Source: a virus
Taxonomy: Duplodnaviria; Caudoviricetes
DNA length: 44,852 nucleotides
Reading direction: 5' to 3' (one strand)
IMG/VR virus record: IMGVR_UViG_3300022218_000003
Span: 1 to 44,852 of that record
The translations under genes and the position numbers were made by a program. This document shows positions 6,836-15,213 of the stretch, piece after piece; positions within the stretch are counted from its first letter, which is position 1, and every line of letters starts with the position of its first letter. The notes under the pieces are model-generated. The model was not told where the DNA came from, did not search any database, and saw only the letters and a program-made list of their open reading frames with translations.

Positions 6836-6865
6836 ATGTTTGGACCCCCGAAGGTGCCCCGGTAG

Positions 6866-7030
6866 TCACCCTTGAGAATCTGCAAGGGACTCAAGGGCTT
6901 CCACGCACAAGCTCAACTGATAGTTCACCAAGTCGAGCCGTGCGAGCAGCTCGTCGAGGCAGTCGTGGAGTTCTTCGAGTTCATGCCGTGAGGCGAACCC
7001 GGTGTTCATCTCGGGGTGGTGCTCTGTCAT
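6866..7030 (-). CDS. Small acidic protein after terminase (last gene)
   Basis: AGGAGG RBS, ATG at 7030; 54 aa. Confidence 0.6.
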   Translation of the reverse strand: MTEHHPEMNTGFASRHELEELHDCLDELLARLDLVNYQLSLCVEALESLADSQG

Positions 7031-7158
7031 GGTCGTGCCTCCTATGGGCAACGCGCAGGGACCGCAAGGGACACCGCGCAGGAACCTCGCGTGCCCCCGG
7101 AGGGCCGTTACACCCGAGCACGGGTGGTGTTGCTCTCCGGGGTTCCCGCGAGTGATAG

Positions 7159-7258
7159 GGGTAAGGGCACACTCAATAGGGGTAATCATGTGTAGGTAAT
7201 ACCTCTACCGTACACCGAGCAGGTACTCCTGCTGCTACCCCTATAAGTGCCCTTACCC
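7159..7258. repeat. Nested inverted repeat downstream of terminase
   Basis: gggtaagggcac (7159-7170)/gtgcccttaccc (7247-7258) and ataggggta (7176-7184)/tacccctat (7236-7244). Confidence 0.75.
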
Positions 7259-7276
7259 TCTCTGCTGCAACACCCT
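7259..7276 (-). promoter_or_regulatory. Candidate phage RNAP promoter (phiOR-like position)
   Basis: Exact 18-bp motif overlapping the TerL stop codon. Confidence 0.7.
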
Positions 7277-9017
7277 ACCTCTGCCTCGTAAAGCTACGGC
7301 CTGTGCTCCGCTTCGGTGCAGCCGTGAGGCTGGTCTTGCGGTAGCCCATCTTGGCTGCCTTAACGAAATCCGCAAGGGCAGCGTCACGTAGCTTCTTCTC
7401 GGCACGATCAGCCGCGACATCTGTATCACGGGCAATCATCTGGGTGAAGTAGCCTACAGCCTCAGCCAGCACGTCGATCCTGTCGTCCTGACGCAGAGAG
7501 CCACGCTCCCGGGTCAGGTACGCCATTTGGTAGAATCCGTTGTACAGATGCTTCCTCTCACCTGCGTCGGGCAGGGAGTCGAGCTGGTCTTCGACTATAC
7601 GTTTGTCCATGATGAGCCGGTGAGAGTTCATCACGGGTTCGAGCTTGTCAGCGATCCGGGCTTCCTTCTGTCCAGTCACGCGGTACCCGTCAAGGGCGCA
7701 CTTGTGGTGTTTCTGAAGGACCGGGCCGAGCAGGGCGTTGAACATGCCGTCACCGAAGTTGTCCTCGGACCAGACCTCGTTCACGTTCTCCTGCTTGGCG
7801 ATCATCGCCAGAGCCTCAAGGGTGGACTCGTCGTAACCCCCAAGCATCCCGCCCCATCGTCGGACGAAGACCCTACCGTGTAGCATTTTCGCAACACAGA
7901 AGGAGGTCTCGTCCTTGCCGCGACCCGACGGGTCAACGAACATGACAGAGCCTTCATACTTGAGCATCGTCTCAGAGACACTGAGAGGCCCGTAGAAGCG
8001 ATCTCCGGCTAACCCTACGTTGGGTACCGTGAGCATCTGATCTTTGCCTGAGCCGTACGTCAGGCGGTCTGGGGCGATCTCAGGGTCTACATCGAAGACG
8101 ATCAGGTCGCGGAGCTTCAGTGGGTACCTGTTCTCATCGCTGAGGGTCGTGTCGAGCATGAACTGAAGTGCGAAACCAGAGCGTCCATATTCACTCTCAC
8201 GGTCGAGAAGGTCCGATTCGTCGAATCGAGCAGGATCGACTGGTCGTCCCACCAGAGAGGGATCGTCTTGTAACCGTCGTAGTAGACCGGGAGATAGGCG
8301 GTTTTCGCCGTACTTGAGCATGAGGTCACGATCAGGGTACCTCGCGGGCCAGATGCGAACGCGGTAGCCGCGCTCCTCGAAGCCTGCATAAATGGTTTGG
8401 ATGGACTGAGGCGTACCCAGACCGACGGACTGGCCGCCCGGTACAAGGATAGCGCCACCCATCTCGCGGGCGCGCTGGTCGAGTTTCTCTCGCTTACCTT
8501 CAGTGTCGGAGTTGTTCGGGACCTCGATGTCATCGAAGACGACCGTCGTGGCTCGACCACCTGTCATCTGTCCAGTAACACCCACGGCTCTCACCGATGG
8601 TGCCTGTGCAGGTTTGGCAGGTCCCACGTCGAACGCCAGCACTGAGTCACGCTGTCCGTCCTTCGTGCGGGCCTTCAGCCAGCTAAGCAACGGGATCGTC
8701 TCGATGAGCTGCTTGGTGAACGTGGAGAACTCAGTGGCCTTGTACTCCGAAGCGGAGACGACCATGACCTTCTCTTGGGGGTTCCTCATCAGCAGCCACA
8801 GCACGAAGGCCGCTGTGATCCACGACTTGCCCACTCCACGGAACGCCATGACGATGCGCTTCCGGGGGCCGTGCTGTAGCCAGTCAGCCATTTCGTACTG
8901 AGCGGGTGTCGGGTCTGGTAGCCCAAGCTGACGCCAGAGCCACCACAGGAACATCTTGAAGTCGTCGTGCATCTTGCGGTGCAGCTTCGACTGGACCCAT
9001 ACAGGGTACTTGTTCAT
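7275..9017 (-). CDS. terL: Terminase large subunit (T7 gp19-like)
   Basis: AFRGVGKSWIT Walker A, VVFDDIEVP Walker B, VDPSGRGKDET nuclease motif, QDDRIDVLA. Confidence 0.97.
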   Translation of the reverse strand: MNKYPVWVQSKLHRKMHDDFKMFLWWLWRQLGLPDPTPAQYEMADWLQHGPRKRIVMAFRGVGKSWITAAFVLWLLMRNPQEKVMVVSASEYKATEFSTFTKQLIETIPLLSWLKARTKDGQRDSVLAFDVGPAKPAQAPSVRAVGVTGQMTGGRATTVVFDDIEVPNNSDTEGKREKLDQRAREMGGAILVPGGQSVGLGTPQSIQTIYAGFEERGYRVRIWPARYPDRDLMLKYGENRLSPGLLRRLQDDPSLVGRPVDPARFDESDLLDRESEYGRSGFALQFMLDTTLSDENRYPLKLRDLIVFDVDPEIAPDRLTYGSGKDQMLTVPNVGLAGDRFYGPLSVSETMLKYEGSVMFVDPSGRGKDETSFCVAKMLHGRVFVRRWGGMLGGYDESTLEALAMIAKQENVNEVWSEDNFGDGMFNALLGPVLQKHHKCALDGYRVTGQKEARIADKLEPVMNSHRLIMDKRIVEDQLDSLPDAGERKHLYNGFYQMAYLTRERGSLRQDDRIDVLAEAVGYFTQMIARDTDVAADRAEKKLRDAALADFVKAAKMGYRKTSLTAAPKRSTGRSFTRQR

Positions 9018-9036
9018 TTTCTCTCCTCGTTCAATG

Positions 9037-9333
9037 TTATTGAACAGAGCCGCGCTTTGAACGCAGCACTTGGGCGATGCCCTGACCGATCTTGTCGATC
9101 TTCTCCTCGTCGTCGTTCAGGTCCTTCATGCCCATGTGGGTAGCGATAGCGTGCGCCACCTCATGCCAGAAGGTCGCCAGCGTGAAGCTGAACGCCTGAC
9201 CGGACTGTAGCTCGATGAGGTTCTTGCTGGCGATGAACCGCCCGTGACACTCTGCGTCATCGAGCAGGTCATCTCTCATGCGGACCTCTATTGTGTGACC
9301 GAGGATGTCGAAGTGTTTTGGGATTTTGCGCAT
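9037..9333 (-). CDS. Small HExxH zincin-like metallopeptidase-domain protein
   Basis: TFWHEVAHAI, followed by DEEKID. Confidence 0.7.
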   Translation of the reverse strand: MRKIPKHFDILGHTIEVRMRDDLLDDAECHGRFIASKNLIELQSGQAFSFTLATFWHEVAHAIATHMGMKDLNDDEEKIDKIGQGIAQVLRSKRGSVQ

Positions 9334-9758
9334 CGAGGGTAAGCCTCTCTCCAGTTCTCACGGACCAGATCGAGACGACCTTTGTCCATGACGTAAGCGT
9401 TATACACGTCCCACGCTATCTCCTCCGACGCGCAGTTCTCGTTGACGCCGTGAACTTTGGATTGGATATAGTGGGTCATCTCGTGGATCAGGACGGCAGC
9501 ACACTTGGTCTCGTCAGCGACCGGCGAGGTCGCACAGTCCAGTGTGATGAAGACTACGTCGGTTCCGAAGTAGTAGTAGCCGAGCGCACGTCCGGTGTCC
9601 TTGAAGACCACCATCGGTGCACGCAGGTCCTTGCACTCGTTGTACTCGCAGGCAATCGCGAAGTACTTCTGTACGTTGGGGTCCTGCGGAGGGAACTCAT
9701 ACGCGGCGGCGCTGAGGGTGAAGGTCAGCGCGATGAGCGCCACGATGAGTCGGTGCAT
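9288..9758 (-). CDS. Secreted HExxH metallopeptidase-like protein
   Basis: Signal peptide MHRLIVALIALTFTLSAAA; VLIHEMTHYIQ...EEIAW; several Cys. Confidence 0.75.
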   Translation of the reverse strand: MHRLIVALIALTFTLSAAAYEFPPQDPNVQKYFAIACEYNECKDLRAPMVVFKDTGRALGYYYFGTDVVFITLDCATSPVADETKCAAVLIHEMTHYIQSKVHGVNENCASEEIAWDVYNAYVMDKGRLDLVRENWREAYPRCAKSQNTSTSSVTQ

Positions 9759-9762
9759 TGGG

Positions 9763-9939
9763 TTAGTCCTTTAGTCTGGTGTCCGCATAACGGAAAGTCG
9801 TCCTTGTTCCGGCAGGTAGCCGTTTCATGGGTTCAATGGTTTGACAAGCGCACATCTGCTTGTCGATCTCCTCGCGTTTCACGAAGCGAGTCCGTACCTC
9901 ACCACAGGTGAGGCACTTGAAGTCGAACGTGATGTACAT
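9763..9939 (-). CDS. Small zinc-ribbon protein (FmdB-like)
   Basis: Read by eye: MYITFDFKCLTCGE...MCAC; 58 aa, TAATG-coupled. Confidence 0.6.
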   Translation of the reverse strand: MYITFDFKCLTCGEVRTRFVKREEIDKQMCACQTIEPMKRLPAGTRTTFRYADTRLKD

Positions 9940-10229
9940 TACTGGTTGCCCCCTCGCTTAGCGATCCCGCGCACGTGTGCAGGTTTGGTGTTGTACACCT
10001 TCTGCTTGTAGGCGGCGTCACGGTTGGCGTCACCTGCCCGCTCACCCATGCGCTCTGCGCGCTTCATGGTGAGAGACTTGGTGCCAGCCGAACGGTGCAT
10101 CGCGTCACCCAGAGGGTCTGCAAGTCCCGCGTAGCCGAGCTTGCGAGAGAGCGGATCGTTGACGCTGATCTTCTCACGCAGGCGACCCATGAGGGACTTG
10201 TTCATTATGTTGCTGATTGCTCCGCACAT
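9939..10229 (-). CDS. Basic protein starting MC, possible virion/ejection protein
   Basis: TAATG coupling on both sides. Confidence 0.65.
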   Translation of the reverse strand: MCGAISNIMNKSLMGRLREKISVNDPLSRKLGYAGLADPLGDAMHRSAGTKSLTMKRAERMGERAGDANRDAAYKQKVYNTKPAHVRGIAKRGGNQ

Positions 10230-10444
10230 TATTCGCCCTCCACAGCCCGCCTGATACGCTCACGGCGAGTCAGGATGGAACGCTTCGCAGCGTCGGCCAT
10301 GCCGTCACCCAGAGGGACGGATGCAGCCGCAGGGCGCTGCGGGGAGCCTGCGCCGTCAGGCACAGTGACAGAGGTACCGGAGGTGTCCTTGAGGAACTCA
10401 GGAATCCACGCTTGACCCTGCTTGGTCTGTAGTGATTGGCACAT
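10229..10444 (-). CDS. Small protein starting MC, possible virion/ejection protein
   Basis: GGGAG RBS; tightly packed. Confidence 0.65.
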   Translation of the reverse strand: MCQSLQTKQGQAWIPEFLKDTSGTSVTVPDGAGSPQRPAAASVPLGDGMADAAKRSILTRRERIRRAVEGE

Positions 10445-10445
10445 G

Positions 10446-10721
10446 TTATACTCCCACCTTGATGCTTACGTTAGCGCCAGTCATGGTGTTGCACTGGGCA
10501 CGGAGGTACGGCATGGCGGTGACTTGGAAGATCGCGCTTGCGGTCCTCGCGGTGTCGAGGTCGTTCCAGTTCGTGCCGTCGAAGCTGCCTTCGATGTCCA
10601 CGCTGAACGTGCCTGTGCCGAACAGGTGTACGCTGTACTTCTCGCGCAGCGTGCCGACGACGTTGACAGCGGTCTTAGCGCCTGTCGTGGTCTCGCCGGA
10701 TATTACGGTTACGACTCTCAT
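10446..10721 (-). CDS. Small beta-rich protein, possibly virion-associated
   Basis: VDIEGSFDGTNW...PYLRA beta-sandwich pattern; ATGA-coupled to TerS. Confidence 0.65.
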   Translation of the reverse strand: MRVVTVISGETTTGAKTAVNVVGTLREKYSVHLFGTGTFSVDIEGSFDGTNWNDLDTARTASAIFQVTAMPYLRAQCNTMTGANVSIKVGV

Positions 10722-10966
10722 TTGAAGTCTCCGTGGTAGATGTTATCGAACACTGGCATTTCCTCGGCCAGCAAATCTGTTGGGTCACCGGGGGTAACCG
10801 CACGGTCGATGCCGTTGTCTTTGAGGAACTTGTTGACTTGGGCGAACAGTGCCGGGGGGATGTCTTCTCCGCTCGCGATCTTGCGCTTGATTTCACTGAG
10901 TAGAGTGCGAGCCTGAAGATCATGTAGTTCATTGAGCAGCCCCTCGTTAGCTCTCTGCTTTGTCAT
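10718..10966 (-). CDS. terS: Terminase small subunit (T7 gp18-like)
   Basis: LNELH...AQVNKFLKDNGI motif; position after holin. Confidence 0.85.
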   Translation of the reverse strand: MTKQRANEGLLNELHDLQARTLLSEIKRKIASGEDIPPALFAQVNKFLKDNGIDRAVTPGDPTDLLAEEMPVFDNIYHGDFK

Positions 10967-11159
10967 CCTTCTTCTCCTTCTTCACGGCATTGTCTATTCG
11001 GACCTTATGCCACCTGATAGCGTACACGCCTGCGACGATAGCAACAGCCGTAGCGACGAGTTGCAGTACGTCATTGACGGCAGCCACCCATGTCCATGTG
11101 GCTGTAACGCCAGCTCCCGCAGCAGCTACGTCTGCGAGAATATCCTTATGCTGGTTCAT
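10947..11159 (-). CDS. Probable holin (T7 gp17.5 position)
   Basis: 70 aa, hydrophobic segments plus charged C-terminus, directly before TerS. Confidence 0.65.
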   Translation of the reverse strand: MNQHKDILADVAAAGAGVTATWTWVAAVNDVLQLVATAVAIVAGVYAIRWHKVRIDNAVKKEKKDDKAES

Positions 11160-11169
11160 TGTTAGGTTC

Positions 11170-11328
11170 CTATCTGGTGTCGAAGCGATCATCATAATCT
11201 TTCGGGACGCGCGGCGTTTGACGCGGCTGCGACTCCCGCTCCTGTTTCCGGGCGCGTGACTCCTCGACCTTCTTCCAGATGAAGACACCGAAAGCGGCGA
11301 GCACTACGAATGTTACAAAGTATTCCAT
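11170..11328 (-). CDS. Small N-terminally anchored membrane protein (52 aa)
   Basis: Read by eye: AAGGA RBS, MEYFVTFVVLAAFGVFIWKK. Confidence 0.55.
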   Translation of the reverse strand: MEYFVTFVVLAAFGVFIWKKVEESRARKQERESQPRQTPRVPKDYDDRFDTR

Positions 11329-11337
11329 GATAATTCC

Positions 11338-11595
11338 TTATACGTCTGTGGGGTCGATGGGGGTGTAGTTGGCGAACACGTTCTTGTGTTCTTCGAGCAG
11401 CTCGTACTGCTGCACCTGTCCCTTGATCCAGTTGCGGACCTGCTGCTTGAACTCAGCGAGCAGCTCAGCGTTGGTCGGGTCGCCGTGAGGCTCACCTGTG
11501 CCGGGGTCAATCTCGGCAGCGTCAGGGAACAGGGAGCGCACCCATGCCGTTACTCGTGGCACTTGCGCGTCGGGGATGTTGAACGAGATAATCAT
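11338..11595 (-). CDS. Hypothetical protein, possible fibre assembly factor
   Basis: GAGGAG RBS; follows fibre genes. Confidence 0.65.
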   Translation of the reverse strand: MIISFNIPDAQVPRVTAWVRSLFPDAAEIDPGTGEPHGDPTNAELLAEFKQQVRNWIKGQVQQYELLEEHKNVFANYTPIDPTDV

Positions 11596-11604
11596 TGTGT
11601 CTCC

Positions 11605-12579
11605 TCAGTAAACGAGTCTGTCGTTCGCGTAGAACAGGATGTTAGAGAATGTGTAGACCGGGCCGGGGAACTCGATTGGCCTGATCGCGGTGAGGGTGGA
11701 TATACCATTTTCGGTATGTATGACCATGCCGACTTCCAGCTTCTCGGGCAGCCCTTGATCCTTGTACTCGATCTCTGGGAACACGGAAGCAGGGCCGACG
11801 CCCTTCACGTGGAAGGGATGGTCAGTCGATGCTTTGATGACCGTGCCGTCCTCGAACTGGAGGGCGACCATCGGTCGGTTGAGTCGGACGAGAACTTCGT
11901 CCACTGGCTCTGCCACGTTGACGCCGTTGCGGAAGACGAGAATCTCGTCGCCCTCGCGGACATCCTTGATGGGCAGCTTCATGCCATTCGCCATAGTGAT
12001 GAGCGTGTCAGGCGTGAAGCAGCAGAGCGGACAGGCGTCGTGCCAGCGTCGAGCGGACCACGTAGCGCCACTCGTAGTTTGCAGCAGGTTGCCGCCAGTC
12101 GCCGCGTCGTATGACCGGAAGTAGCCGATGATAGTCTCAGCGCCACCGGCAGTCGAGCTGACCGTGTCCACGATTCGGAACGTGACGTTGGCCGTGACGT
12201 TGCGCCGGACGTTGTTGTAGCCGCCACCGAGAGAGTCCCAGTCACCGAGACTGCCGCCCGTGCGGGTCCACATGATCCACACGTCGGAGGCCGAGCCTGC
12301 CGTGAGCCACGTCCACGAATTAGTGACCGAGCCTGTGCTGCTGTACTCGTACTCAAGGCCGGTCGTGTAGAACGCACAGCCAGAGTAGCAGGGGTTGTCG
12401 AGCCGAGAGTTGGTACGCCCGTCAGCCCGCATGTTGGTGGTGGGAGCCACCGTGCCGACTTCCTTCCAAGTACCAGCCACGTTGATCTTGACGGACGAGG
12501 GTGTTTTCCACACCCCTGCCACGTTGATCTTAACTGTGGGGTCTTTCCATACGCCCGCGACGTTAATCTTGGTTGCCAT
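11605..12579 (-). CDS. Tail-fibre tip/adhesin-like protein with C-terminal Hint (intein-like) domain
   Basis: 3x KINVAG(V/T)WK at N-terminus; CFTPDTLITMANG (block A), STDHPF (block B), VYTF...FYAN (blocks F/G) but no terminal HN. Confidence 0.8.
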   Translation of the reverse strand: MATKINVAGVWKDPTVKINVAGVWKTPSSVKINVAGTWKEVGTVAPTTNMRADGRTNSRLDNPCYSGCAFYTTGLEYEYSSTGSVTNSWTWLTAGSASDVWIMWTRTGGSLGDWDSLGGGYNNVRRNVTANVTFRIVDTVSSTAGGAETIIGYFRSYDAATGGNLLQTTSGATWSARRWHDACPLCCFTPDTLITMANGMKLPIKDVREGDEILVFRNGVNVAEPVDEVLVRLNRPMVALQFEDGTVIKASTDHPFHVKGVGPASVFPEIEYKDQGLPEKLEVGMVIHTENGISTLTAIRPIEFPGPVYTFSNILFYANDRLVY

Positions 12580-12596
12580 GAAAAGACCCCTAATCG

Positions 12597-14990
12597 TTAA
12601 GTGTATTGATACCAGATGTCACCCGACGAGCCGCCAGTTGCAGCGGAGGTCGAGTACGTGACCTTGCCAGAGGCGTAGGTCGAAGCGCCGTTATAGTACA
12701 TAGCACCGAGGGCGTAATACTTCGGCTGACCCGCGAAGTGCGCTCCCTTGTTGAAGTAGAAGTTCGCACGGTCGGTGTTGAAGTGCGCCCATGAGGTGTT
12801 GTTAGGACCGATCTCAGTGTAGCCGTATGAGGTCTGGACCCGACACTGTGAGGAACCCTGACGGGACAGCGTGCAGTCGGCGTTGAGCTTCAGCGAACCG
12901 TCAACCCGGAGAGCACCCGGAGTGTACACACCAGACGAGAAGTCCGTGTTCTGGTTGAGCCGCATGTACGTGTCGTTACCGTCAATCGCTTCCTTGCCGT
13001 CGATGTGAAGCATGTTGCTGGACAAGGCCGAGACCAACGCGCCGGGGTTCGTGTCCGTACCCTGCACGTAGAGACCAGCAGAGTGAACGCGAGCGTCCCA
13101 CGTTGAGCCACCATGACCCATGTACACACTACTACCTTCGTAGTAGTTGATGTACGTGGACGCCCCAGTCTCAGAGTCTATATGCAGGTTGCCGCTGGTA
13201 CACTTGATCGTGGCAGTCTTGTTGATCGTCGTGCCGTGTAGGTTGAGAACGCCGCCCTGCGTCGTGCCGTAGACTCCGAGGTTCAACGCACCTGCCGGAA
13301 TGTGGACGGTACTGTCGTCGTCGAAGCGGGCAACCTCGCCCGTGCCGTCGTTCCAGATTGCGACCGAGCCAGAGGCAGGTGCCTGAATGTACCCGAGGGT
13401 TGCTGTGTACTGACCGAGCCGGAGACCCGTAGGGTTCGTCTTGTAGGACGAGCCGGTGATCTCCAGTGCGCCTGTCGCTCCGAGGAGCATCAGTACGTCG
13501 CCAGCACCCACAGTACCCATGCGGATGTTCTTCCCGCTTTCGCTGTGGTAGATGCCGAGGTCGTTGTTGGAGTTCGAGCCGAAGCCGAGCCATGCCATGT
13601 CCGTACCGGCGCTGTCCTTCCAGCGTATCCACGAGTTGAGCAGATTGTCGGACGACGTGTGGTTGTCGTTCTTCAGCGTCAGCAGCTCACCGTCGCCGTT
13701 GATCTCGACGTTGCCCTGATTGATCTTGACAACGTCACTCGTCGGTGTTCCACCGATGACGCCGCCGCCGAACTGGGCGACCGGACCAGCACCAGCCTGC
13801 GTGACATGTAGCACCACGTTCGAGGCGTTGTTGCGGTTCAGGAGAACGTAACCGTCTTCCTGCGTCAGCGTGTTCGCCTTGATGATGCTCGCGTCTACAG
13901 GCTCGTAGACGCCTGAGTGGTTGTGCGAGAACGCCGCGACCGTGACACCGATGTCGGCATCCTTCAGGATCGTTGCGTCGGCTGGCTCGTAGACGCCCGC
14001 GTGGTTGTGCGCGGCCAGTGAGTAGAGACCCGCGTGGTCGCCCCAACCGTACGCGGTGTCCCAGTTGGAGACGTTGAGGTTACTGCCGGTGACCGCGCCA
14101 GTGACACTCAGAGCGGCACCCATAGTGATGTTGCCGGTGTCGGTGTCGATCACGAACGCGGACCCCTGCCATACACCGGATGAGTTGTACCAGTCCATGT
14201 AGAAGTCTTGGGCGTTCGACAGGTAGTTCGTCAGCCGACGTACGCCGGACTCGTTAATGAAATCAAGCCCGACGGTGTTACTCGCTCCGCCCTTCTGGAG
14301 CTTGAGCCACGACGACACGCCTGTGTTCAGGAACTTCCACTGGCCGGTGATCGTCTCGTCATCTGCGAGTGCAGCGTAGAGCGCCGGGTCGAACGTGGCA
14401 GCCGCAGCCGCAGAAGCAGCAGCAGCAGTCTCAGAGGCAAGGGCAGCAGCAGCACTGGCGGCACCCTTAGTAGCGTGGTGCATGGCCGAGTAGTCGTCCA
14501 CGTTGTCACCGCCAGCGGCGACAGAGACGAGAGAGTCTACAGCTTTGTTGGCCCATTCCTGAGCGTAGCCTGCGCGGTCGGTAGCGAGGTTCGCTTGCAC
14601 GACCGAAGTATTCTGTGCCGATGTAGCGTTGGCTTCAGCAGCCTCCGCAGCGACACGGTCAGCGTCCGCGAGTACAGCTTGGGCCGTAGCCGTTGCCGCG
14701 CTCGTTGACGCATTGGATTCGGAGGTCGCCGCAGCAGCAGCACTGGCCGCTGCCGCAGCTTCCGATGCAGAAGCGAGGCCGACGTATCCTGAGACGTTGT
14801 CGGCCAGCTTCGCTGGAGAGTCCACGAGAGTCTCGACGCCCGCCCAGTTCGTGAGCGGATACTTGCCGTCTGATCCCGGTCCACCATCGACAGTCCCGCC
14901 GAGCCAGTTATCGTACTCTTGTACGAAGCTCGACCAGTAGTCGATCAGGTTGCTGATCTTCTGCGCGAGCTGTGCGTTGGTGAAAGACAT
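12597..14990 (-). CDS. Second (long) tail fibre
   Basis: Ala/Ser-rich stalk, two HNH(A/S)GVYEP repeats, Gly/Asn-rich beta region, C-terminal GDIWYQY. Confidence 0.85.
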   Translation of the reverse strand: MSFTNAQLAQKISNLIDYWSSFVQEYDNWLGGTVDGGPGSDGKYPLTNWAGVETLVDSPAKLADNVSGYVGLASASEAAAAASAAAAATSESNASTSAATATAQAVLADADRVAAEAAEANATSAQNTSVVQANLATDRAGYAQEWANKAVDSLVSVAAGGDNVDDYSAMHHATKGAASAAAALASETAAAASAAAAATFDPALYAALADDETITGQWKFLNTGVSSWLKLQKGGASNTVGLDFINESGVRRLTNYLSNAQDFYMDWYNSSGVWQGSAFVIDTDTGNITMGAALSVTGAVTGSNLNVSNWDTAYGWGDHAGLYSLAAHNHAGVYEPADATILKDADIGVTVAAFSHNHSGVYEPVDASIIKANTLTQEDGYVLLNRNNASNVVLHVTQAGAGPVAQFGGGVIGGTPTSDVVKINQGNVEINGDGELLTLKNDNHTSSDNLLNSWIRWKDSAGTDMAWLGFGSNSNNDLGIYHSESGKNIRMGTVGAGDVLMLLGATGALEITGSSYKTNPTGLRLGQYTATLGYIQAPASGSVAIWNDGTGEVARFDDDSTVHIPAGALNLGVYGTTQGGVLNLHGTTINKTATIKCTSGNLHIDSETGASTYINYYEGSSVYMGHGGSTWDARVHSAGLYVQGTDTNPGALVSALSSNMLHIDGKEAIDGNDTYMRLNQNTDFSSGVYTPGALRVDGSLKLNADCTLSRQGSSQCRVQTSYGYTEIGPNNTSWAHFNTDRANFYFNKGAHFAGQPKYYALGAMYYNGASTYASGKVTYSTSAATGGSSGDIWYQYT

Positions 14991-15008
14991 GGAGTGTCTC
15001 CTTGAGGT

Positions 15009-15191
15009 TTAGTCTTCGGTTACTTCCTCGACCTCAGCTTGCGGCTGGAGGGCGTCGAACATCTGGAGCTGGCCCTGTAGTACCATGAGCTGCTTATCAG
15101 CCTGCTCTACTACGTCTTTGGCCTGCGCCTTCTGAACGATAAGGGAAGTGATTGCTTTGACCAGTTGGTCACGGTCGATCTTTTGGGACAT
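15009..15191 (-). CDS. Small coiled-coil protein, possible fibre chaperone
   Basis: GAGGAG RBS, ATG at 15191; lies between the fibre genes. Confidence 0.65.
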   Translation of the reverse strand: MSQKIDRDQLVKAITSLIVQKAQAKDVVEQADKQLMVLQGQLQMFDALQPQAEVEEVTED

Positions 15192-15213
15192 GAGATTTCT
15201 CTCCTCGTTGTGG

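Noticed and set aside
5800-6894. Several 200-300 aa ORFs on both strands
   Set aside because: Arise from the stop-poor low-complexity repeat; translations are repetitive R/A/H/T or C/V/A strings.
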